DNA of 60,992 nucleotides from Candidatus Vogelbacteria bacterium RIFOXYD1_FULL_51_18. Its GTDB lineage: Bacteria > Patescibacteriota > Minisyncoccia > Phycocordibacterales > UBA9988. The position numbers and the translations under genes were made by a program. Of the stretch, positions 54,269 to 60,992 are shown in pieces (the stretch's first letter is position 1; each line of letters opens with the position of its first letter). Under the pieces are notes generated by a model. It did not search any database and had not been told where the DNA came from. It was given only the letters and a program-made list of their open reading frames with translations. The DNA lies in contig MHTL01000011.1 in the NCBI GenBank assembly GCA_001823095.1, positions 1 to 60,992 on the forward strand. The letters are read 5' to 3'.

Positions 54269-56479
54269 ATGAAAATTAACACACTAGTGCGCTTTGGGAT
54301 ATATGGAGGATTATTCCTCGTGCCTTTTATTCCGCTTGTAGTGAGCTCGTCGCTCTTCTTCCCCTATATTACGGCAAAGAACGTTATATTCCGGGTTCTG
54401 GTGGAGCTCATTACTCTCTTGTGGGTGATAGTGGCCCTGCGCGAGCCGAAGTATCGCCCCAGACGCTCCTGGGTGCTTTACGCAGTGCTCGCAGTGAGTA
54501 CGGCTCTTACCATTGCAACAGTGACAGGAATTAATCCATACCGCAGTTTCTGGTCCAACTATGAGCGGATGGACGGACTGGTTACCAATCTGCATCTTCT
54601 TCTCTATTTTTTGGTGATAGGAAGCGTCCTGCTTACCGAGCATCTCTGGACATGGCTCCTGCGCACCTATGTTGGCGCAAGCGTCATCATGAGCTTCATC
54701 GCGCTCGCGCAGTATGCAGAGGGACTCTCTAAAGGAATTTCGGTGCGCTTGGATGCGCAACTGGGCAACGCGACGTACCTCGCGTTTTACATGTACTTTC
54801 ACATCTTCTTGGCATCGCTTCTTTTAGTGCGGCAATGGAAGTCGCTTGGCTTCCGCATTCTCTACATCTCACTCATCGCCATTGAACTCGCGGTTCTGTA
54901 TCTCACGGCGACCCGTGGCGCTCTCCTGGGACTCCTTGTGGCGATAGCAACTATTGCGGCGCTCACTTCGTATGTGTACTGGGAAGAGCTCCGAATACGG
55001 AACTATGCGCTTACCGCGCTTGGGGTGGTGTGCGCGTTTGTTATTATCTTCTATGGGTTGAAAGATTCCAACTTCATCCAGGGAAGCCCGGTGCTCTCTC
55101 GATTTGCGAACATTTCTCCGACTGAAACGACGACTGAATCGCGCTTCATTATTTGGGGGATGGCGCTTAAGGGATTTACGGAGCATCCGCTCTTCGGCTG
55201 GGGGCCGGAGAATTTCAATATCCTCTTCAACAAATACTATGAGCCGCACCTCTGGCGGCAGGAACCGTGGTTTGACCGCTCGCACAACGTCTTTCTTGAT
55301 TGGCTCGTCTCCGCGGGGCTCGTGGGTCTCGCGAGCTACCTTGCGCTCTATGTCGCTTCACTCTTTTATCTCTGGAAAAAATCTTCCCGCGAACGGATAT
55401 TCCCTGCCCATGAGGCAATCCTTTTCTCCGGCCTCTTGGCTGGATACCTATTTCAGAACATCTTCGTATTTGATAACATCGTGAGCTACATGCTCTTCTT
55501 CACCATTCTCGCGTATGTGCATGTGCGAGTTACTGCGGATGAGCATCCAATAGGAAGTAGCATCCGCCCCCATCAGGGGCTTGTGGCGGCTGGAGCAATC
55601 CTTGCGACGCTCGCGTTTGGAGCGTCGCTGTATGTGGCGAACATTAAACCAGTACTCGCAAATCGCACTCTCATCCGAGGCATTATACCGCCGGTACAGG
55701 GCGAGAAAGCAGAAGACTTCCTCAAGTCTCGCAATGATGAATTTCTCCGCGCTATCAGCTACAACACCTTCGGCACTACTGAAGCAAGAGAACAGTACTT
55801 GCAGTTTGCCGGAAGGGTCATTGGCACACAAACAATCCCAGAAGCTACCCGCATAGCAATTGGTTCAAGCGCAGTATCAGAGATGAAGAAGCAAATTACT
55901 GAATATCCAGATGATGCGCGCTACCGAATGTTCCTCGGGTCCTTTTTAAGTGCGGTAGGCGATGCGCCGGGGGCAATCGCAGAGTTTCAAAAAGCGCTTG
56001 AGCTCTCTCCGGGAAAACAGCAAATCCTGCTGGAGCTCGCGGCGGCCTATGAGCGCGCTGGCAAAAAAGTCGAGAGCAGAGAGACAATCCGCACAGCGTT
56101 TGAGCTTGACCCGACAAATCCGGAAATTGCCAAAACCCACGCCTACCTCCTCCTGTTGGAGGGAAAGCGGGCGGAAGCGGAACAGGTTCTCACGCCTCTC
56201 TATGGCAGTATTGCCGCGCCGGATCCGCGCTTTGTTAATTACTTCCTTGAGCGGAAAGAGTACCAGAATCTGCTTATCTCCATGGAGGGCGTCGCAGAGG
56301 CAAATCCCTCTGACATACAACTTCAGTATTCGCTCGCGGCGGCGTACCTGCAGGTAGGCGAGCGCGCGCAGTCTGTCACCCAACTTAAAAAAATCGGTGA
56401 ACAATTTCCTCAGCAAGCAACGCAAACGCGTGCGCTTATCGGAGAAATTGAAGCGGGACGCAATCCGATACAAGAGTAG
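54269..56479 (+). CDS. O-antigen-ligase-family membrane protein with TPR-like C-terminus, paralogue 2
   Basis: FWSNYERMDG, RLDAQLGNATY, TATRGA, GWGPENF, FDRSHN. Confidence 0.92.
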   Translation: MKINTLVRFGIYGGLFLVPFIPLVVSSSLFFPYITAKNVIFRVLVELITLLWVIVALREPKYRPRRSWVLYAVLAVSTALTIATVTGINPYRSFWSNYERMDGLVTNLHLLLYFLVIGSVLLTEHLWTWLLRTYVGASVIMSFIALAQYAEGLSKGISVRLDAQLGNATYLAFYMYFHIFLASLLLVRQWKSLGFRILYISLIAIELAVLYLTATRGALLGLLVAIATIAALTSYVYWEELRIRNYALTALGVVCAFVIIFYGLKDSNFIQGSPVLSRFANISPTETTTESRFIIWGMALKGFTEHPLFGWGPENFNILFNKYYEPHLWRQEPWFDRSHNVFLDWLVSAGLVGLASYLALYVASLFYLWKKSSRERIFPAHEAILFSGLLAGYLFQNIFVFDNIVSYMLFFTILAYVHVRVTADEHPIGSSIRPHQGLVAAGAILATLAFGASLYVANIKPVLANRTLIRGIIPPVQGEKAEDFLKSRNDEFLRAISYNTFGTTEAREQYLQFAGRVIGTQTIPEATRIAIGSSAVSEMKKQITEYPDDARYRMFLGSFLSAVGDAPGAIAEFQKALELSPGKQQILLELAAAYERAGKKVESRETIRTAFELDPTNPEIAKTHAYLLLLEGKRAEAEQVLTPLYGSIAAPDPRFVNYFLERKEYQNLLISMEGVAEANPSDIQLQYSLAAAYLQVGERAQSVTQLKKIGEQFPQQATQTRALIGEIEAGRNPIQE

Positions 56480-56513
56480 CTTGATTTTTTTCCGTACCCG
56501 TGTATACTAGAGG

Positions 56514-56706
56514 ATGTGAGTGCTTCTGTCCGCCTCGGCGGAGCGGATGCGCAACGAATATCTGCGAAAGGTCCGTTCGCTTCGGCGAGACGGGTTTTTC
56601 GTTTTTCTGCTATACTGGGCGTATCCGCGCGCTCGCGGCTGGTGACAGCACTCACATAAGATATTTGTTGGAGTTCGCATTCACCAGCCACGAGCGCGCA
56701 GAAAAT
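56514..56706 (+). ncRNA. Candidate structured non-coding RNA(s), family unrecognised
   Basis: TTGATT-16-TATACT upstream; hairpins incl. C(UUCG)G plus U-run; 19-bp stem 56627-45/56681-99 whose loop is complementary to 56514-24, 56547-51 and 56552-63. Confidence 0.45.
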
Positions 56707-56729
56707 TTTTTTCAAAAAATATTTTTTAG

Positions 56730-56738
56730 TTATCCACA
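56730..56738 (+). promoter_or_regulatory. Single perfect DnaA box
   Basis: TTATCCACA in an AT-rich tract upstream of a TATAAT promoter. Confidence 0.45.
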
Positions 56739-56846
56739 CATATCGCAAAAAAATTCTGTTTTGTAACTTTTTTGCACTATAATAGTGTAAGCACTCGCGG
56801 GAATGGTCGAACCGCAAATTCTTACTAACGAGTTTCAAACAAAATT

Positions 56847-56930
56847 ATGGCAAAGAAGAGAAAGACAGCCAAGAAGACGACAAAGAAGGCTGCCAAGAAA
56901 AAGAGCACAAAGCGCTCAAAGAAGAGGTAG
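56847..56930 (+). CDS. 27-aa Lys/Arg-rich peptide (histone H1-like)
   Basis: MAKKRKTAKKTTKKAAKKKSTKRSKKR*; own TATAAT promoter and terminator; below the ORF-track cutoff. Confidence 0.7.
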   Translation: MAKKRKTAKKTTKKAAKKKSTKRSKKR

Positions 56931-56945
56931 TATCTTTCTACCACT

Positions 56946-57002
56946 AAAATAAAATCTCCGTTCACCTCCGCCAGCCGGTGGAGCGGACGGAGATTTTATT
57001 TT
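56946..57002. terminator. Terminator after the basic peptide
   Basis: AAAATAAAATCTCCG/CGGAGATTTTATTTT. Confidence 0.8.
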
Positions 57003-57031
57003 CTGCCGACAAGTGCTAGAATGTGCACCCA

Positions 57032-59518
57032 ATGGCCTTGCTTGAACAGATATTCGGGAGCAAATCAACGCGTGCGGTGAAATCACTTGCGCCGATTGTG
57101 GCTGAAATAAACAGAGTGGAAGCGGAACTTGCGTCTTTGTCTCCGGGCGAACTCTTGGAACGGATGGCGCTCCTCAAGCAGAAACTGTCCGAGGGCTCCT
57201 CGCTGGATGAGCTTGTGGTGCCCGCCTTTGCGCTCGTGCGCGAGGCAAGCAAGCGCACGCTTGGACAGCGGCATTTTGACGTCCAACTTATGGGTGGCAT
57301 CGTTATGCATCAGGGCGGCATTGCCGAGATGAAGACGGGTGAGGGCAAGACGCTTGTGGCAACGCTCCCCGCGTGCTTAAACGCTCTCACCGGGAAAGGC
57401 GCGCACATCGTAACGGTGAATGACTACCTTGCCCGCCGCGATGCGGTGTGGATGGGGCAGATATATCATGCGCTCGGCTTGAGCGTCGGTGTGGTCACGC
57501 AAGCGGGCTCCTACCGCTACACAGCGCCTCCCAGCGCCGATGACGCCGAGAGGGATACAAGCGGCGCTTACCATATTGAACACGAGTTCCTCGTTGCCTG
57601 CACTAAGCGCGAAGCGTACGCCTGCGACGTCACCTACGGCACTAACAACGAGTACGGCTTTGACTACCTGCGCGATAATATCGCCTTCAGGCCCGAGGAT
57701 CTGGCCCAGCGCGAATACGCATACGCAATCGTGGACGAGATTGACTCCATCCTCATTGACGAAGCGCGAACGCCCCTAATCATCTCGGCGCCCTCGCAGG
57801 AATCGGAGGCGCTCTACCATACCTTTGCGCGCATCGCGACTACGCTTACTCTCGGTGAGGATTACACGGTTGATGAGAAGGCAAAGGCCATCCTCGTGAC
57901 CGACCAAGGCATCTCTCGTGCGGAAAAACTTCTCGGTGTGGGGAATATTTACACCGAACACGGCGTGAAGTACGTCCACCATCTGGAGACTGCCATCCGC
58001 GCCAAGGCGCTCTACGAGCGGGATAGGGAGTATGTGGTCGGAAACGACGGCGTGGTAATCGTTGATGAGTTTACCGGGCGTCTCCAGCCCGGCCGGCGCT
58101 GGTCGGAGGGACTCCACCAGGCGATTGAAGCGAAGGAGGGAGTCGCGGTCCAGCGCGAGAGTCGCACCGTGGCCTCCATTACCTTCCAGAATTACTTCAG
58201 AATGTATACAAAGCTCTCCGGCATGACCGGCACGGCTGCAACAAGCGCGGAAGAGTTCCGAAAGGTCTACGGCTTGGAGGTGCTCTCCATTCCATCAAAT
58301 GCGAAGATCGCTCGCGTTGACCTCCCTGACCAGATTTTTAAAAACGAGCGCGGCAAGGTGACCGCGGTGGTGCGCCGCGTACGCGAACTGCATGAGAAGG
58401 GTCAGCCCGTGCTCGTTGGCTCAATTTCTATAGAGAAAAATGAAATCTTTTCCAGCTACCTCAATAAAGAAGGAATCCCGCACCAGGTCCTCAATGCCAA
58501 GAACCACGAACGAGAGGGTGAGATTATCGCAGACGCGGGACGCAAGGGGAGTGTGGTGATTGCAACCAATATGGCCGGGCGCGGCGTTGATATTAAGCTT
58601 GGCGGCGCGCAGGCAACTAAAGAAGAGTATGAAGAGGTGAAAGCGCTCGGGGGGCTCTTTGTGCTCGGCACCGAGCGTCATGAAGCGCGGCGTATAGACA
58701 ACCAGCTGCGCGGCCGCGCAGGGCGCCAAGGAGACCCCGGCGCAACGCAGTTCTTTATTTCCATGGAGGACGAGCTCGCGCGCGTCTTCGGTCCCGGGCG
58801 CGAGCGCATCAAGGCAATCTATGACCGCTTTGGCGTTGCGGAAGATGAGCCGATGGAAGCAAGGATGATTACGCGGATTATAGAAAACGCGCAGAACAAA
58901 ATTGAGGGACTCAACTTTGACGCCCGCAAGCACGTGCTGGAGTACGACGACGTGATGAACCACCAGCGCGGCATCATGTACGTGAGGCGACGTAAGCTCC
59001 TCATTGGTAATCAAGAGTACATGGCTGAATTTGCGGACCGTCTCAAGGACCATGCGTCTACGACGGGGGAAGCAAGCGAGATAGCTTCGGTTGTAGAGAC
59101 TAAAGAGCAGGAGCTGGGAAGGGAGATGTTTTTGCAGGCAGTGCGCCAGTTGGCGCTCCAGACGCTGGATACCTTGTGGATGGAGCATCTGGAGGCGATG
59201 GATTACCTGCGCGGCTCGGTGAACCTGCGCGCCTATGGCCAGCGCGACCCCTTAGTAGAGTATAAAAAAGAGGGCCTGCGGCTCTATAAGGATTTGGAGT
59301 TCTCGCTTTTTGATACCATTTTCAAACACCTTGAACGTGTTGCTCCCGCCGCCGTGGCATTCACTCCCGTTATTGATCTCTCACAAATCAAGGAGGGCGG
59401 TCCCGAATCTGCACAGGTTTCTCCCAATGATCCTGCAAGTAGCGTGCCAAAAGTCGGTAGGAATGATCCCTGCCCGTGCGGAAGCGGGAAGAAGTACAAA
59501 AAGTGTCATGGGAAATAA
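57032..59518 (+). CDS. secA: Preprotein translocase ATPase SecA
   Basis: [71 protein letters not shown]. Confidence 0.99.
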   Translation: MALLEQIFGSKSTRAVKSLAPIVAEINRVEAELASLSPGELLERMALLKQKLSEGSSLDELVVPAFALVREASKRTLGQRHFDVQLMGGIVMHQGGIAEMKTGEGKTLVATLPACLNALTGKGAHIVTVNDYLARRDAVWMGQIYHALGLSVGVVTQAGSYRYTAPPSADDAERDTSGAYHIEHEFLVACTKREAYACDVTYGTNNEYGFDYLRDNIAFRPEDLAQREYAYAIVDEIDSILIDEARTPLIISAPSQESEALYHTFARIATTLTLGEDYTVDEKAKAILVTDQGISRAEKLLGVGNIYTEHGVKYVHHLETAIRAKALYERDREYVVGNDGVVIVDEFTGRLQPGRRWSEGLHQAIEAKEGVAVQRESRTVASITFQNYFRMYTKLSGMTGTAATSAEEFRKVYGLEVLSIPSNAKIARVDLPDQIFKNERGKVTAVVRRVRELHEKGQPVLVGSISIEKNEIFSSYLNKEGIPHQVLNAKNHEREGEIIADAGRKGSVVIATNMAGRGVDIKLGGAQATKEEYEEVKALGGLFVLGTERHEARRIDNQLRGRAGRQGDPGATQFFISMEDELARVFGPGRERIKAIYDRFGVAEDEPMEARMITRIIENAQNKIEGLNFDARKHVLEYDDVMNHQRGIMYVRRRKLLIGNQEYMAEFADRLKDHASTTGEASEIASVVETKEQELGREMFLQAVRQLALQTLDTLWMEHLEAMDYLRGSVNLRAYGQRDPLVEYKKEGLRLYKDLEFSLFDTIFKHLERVAPAAVAFTPVIDLSQIKEGGPESAQVSPNDPASSVPKVGRNDPCPCGSGKKYKKCHGK

Positions 59519-59740
59519 CATTAAAGAAGTGGTACTGCCCGTGGTGCGGGACAGAAAATACTTACAAGAAAAATTATGACAGATGAAAAACATACTTACA
59601 AACTGGAGTATATAGGGATGTTTTGAAACGATGTCGGGACGAACTTAAAAATGTTCTTGAGAGCTGGCTCTTGCTTACAATACAGAGTAGAGAAAAAGTT
59701 CCTGGGTTGCGTCTCTCTCCACATTTTGTATAATGACCCC

Positions 59741-60445
59741 ATGAACGCTGAAAAACAGAATTTCCTCATCCCGGCGGCTATCATTATTGCGGGAGCGCTC
59801 ATTGCGGCAGGTATCTACTTTGGCGGCGTAAACAGGGGGAGCACCGGTCCTACTACTGATGGGAGACCGGATCCACTCGAGCTCGCCAAGAATGTTGCGC
59901 CCGTATCAAATACCGACCACGTGCAGGGCTCCGCGCAGGCGCAAGTTACCATCATAGAGTTCTCCGACTTGGAATGCCCCTTCTGCAAGAGCTTCCACCA
60001 GACCATGCGGCAGGTGATGGATGAGTACGGCGCGGACGGGCGCGTGCGCTGGGTGTACCGCCACTTCCCGCTCGTTGGGCTCCATCAGAAAGCCTCCAAA
60101 GAAGCAGAAGCTGCCGAATGTGCGGGAGAGTTGGGAGGTAATGAGGTATTTTGGAAATACATCACTAAGATTTTTGAAGTTACGCCTTCAAATGACGGGC
60201 TTGACCCGGCAGAGCTCCCAAAGATCGCCGCAGGTTTAGGGCTGGATAAGCAGAAGTTTGAAGCCTGCCTTGCGAGCGGAAGGCACGCGGCGCTCGTTGA
60301 GGCGCAGGCGCAGGATGCGCAGAACGCGGGAGGGACGGGGACGCCCTTCAGTGTCATCATCACCGCAAAAGGAGAATACATCCCACTCAACGGAGCCTAC
60401 GGACTCCCTGAAATGAAGGTGTATCTGGACAAGGCTTTGGAGTAG
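59741..60445 (+). CDS. DsbA-family thioredoxin-fold protein with N-terminal anchor
   Basis: IIEFSDLECPFC, YRHFPL, GTP. Confidence 0.93.
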   Translation: MNAEKQNFLIPAAIIIAGALIAAGIYFGGVNRGSTGPTTDGRPDPLELAKNVAPVSNTDHVQGSAQAQVTIIEFSDLECPFCKSFHQTMRQVMDEYGADGRVRWVYRHFPLVGLHQKASKEAEAAECAGELGGNEVFWKYITKIFEVTPSNDGLDPAELPKIAAGLGLDKQKFEACLASGRHAALVEAQAQDAQNAGGTGTPFSVIITAKGEYIPLNGAYGLPEMKVYLDKALE

Positions 60446-60448
60446 TAA

Positions 60449-60471
60449 TGATGGAAGTCTCACTTCCATCA
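60449..60471. repeat. Internally deleted GGAAGT-family palindrome after the DsbA stop
   Basis: TGATGGAAGT-CTC-ACTTCCATCA, matching both ends of the 10858 element. Confidence 0.8.
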
Positions 60472-60723
60472 ATGAGCCATTTTTTTGCTTGCAAAAAAAT
60501 CGTATCACTTTTCCACGATCGTAGTTTTTTGGTATGATTTTGAAACACATCTGCACCTATCGCGCCTTCCACCGCGACGACATCCAGAACGAATTTATGG
60601 GGGGTAGAATTATTTGCAAGACATTCCCCACGAGACGTAGTTTAGATATGGATTAGCATCTAAAACATTCGGTGTCCACAGACACGGGGCGTTTTTTATT
60701 TTAATAAACGCTATAATAGAGAC

Positions 60724-60992
60724 ATGGATGAAAACCGGCACACCGGGAGTTTGTCGTACGCCAACTCTGTGCCCATTACGCCTATACCGGATTCTACCGT
60801 TCTGCAAGCGGGAAGCCATTTCCCTGTAGAACCCTACACACCGCGCCCGCTCCTGCGTTACGAAAAAAAACTTCCTCTTTACATTGCCACTGCGCTCGTA
60901 TCCTACGTGCTTGTGGTGATGGGGATGAGTGGCGCATGGCGTTTTGGCGTACAGGGCATACGCGTGGCTCTTGAGCACACTTCGCAATCGGT
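60724..60992 (+). CDS. Partial CDS (3'-truncated by window), one TM helix
   Basis: TATAAT 6 nt before ATG; frame open to window end: MDENRHTG...LYIATALVSYVLVVMGMSGAW. Confidence 0.55.
   Translation, partial: MDENRHTGSLSYANSVPITPIPDSTVLQAGSHFPVEPYTPRPLLRYEKKLPLYIATALVSYVLVVMGMSGAWRFGVQGIRVALEHTSQS

Noticed and set aside
56700-56770. Replication origin
   Set aside because: Only one DnaA box, no cluster, no dnaA/dnaN adjacent.
56514-56800. CIRCE (HrcA) operator from GAGTGC/GCACTC half-sites
   Set aside because: Wrong order and spacing (needs GCACTC-N9-GAGTGC).
60610-60987. 125-aa minus-strand ORF
   Set aside because: Not protein-like; the plus-strand frame from ATG 60724 has a -10 box, a TM helix and runs off the window.

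Overview
Chromosomal segment of a Patescibacteria (Parcubacteria/OD1-like) bacterium, judged from 16S signatures and gene content. In order it holds: (1) a 5'-truncated 16S rRNA gene with two ~130-150 nt insertions and a non-canonical 3' tail, not followed by 23S; (2) tRNA-Ile and an AT-rich restriction-modification island (XRE regulator, C5 methyltransferase, HaeII-family endonuclease, Vsr, remnants) ending in a structured non-coding tract; (3) speD-like gene, a Cys-rich microprotein, tRNA-Leu, pyrF, a pilin-like protein, a DUF4015-like hydrolase, a probable DGR-type variable protein without RT/TR in the window, and a VirD4/TraG-like ATPase; (4) a ~43 kb surface-glycan locus (13.6-56.5 kb) with many glycosyltransferases, a nonulosonic-acid-type module (NeuB, NeuA, four KdsC-like phosphatases, a kinase, two EamA transporters), a B12 radical SAM enzyme, an IS481, an IS30 scar and two O-antigen-ligase/TPR paralogues; (5) a structured intergenic RNA candidate, a 27-aa basic peptide, secA and a DsbA-family gene. 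Most striking signals: one hairpin element inserted twice in opposite orientation in the 16S; two classes of translation start (leaderless versus SD plus boxA-like leader) alongside a degenerate anti-SD; a palindrome family inserted in-frame in genes; an apparently domain-permuted sialyltransferase-methyltransferase; and the 56.5-56.7 kb RNA candidate. All family calls are by motif recognition by eye; no searches were run.
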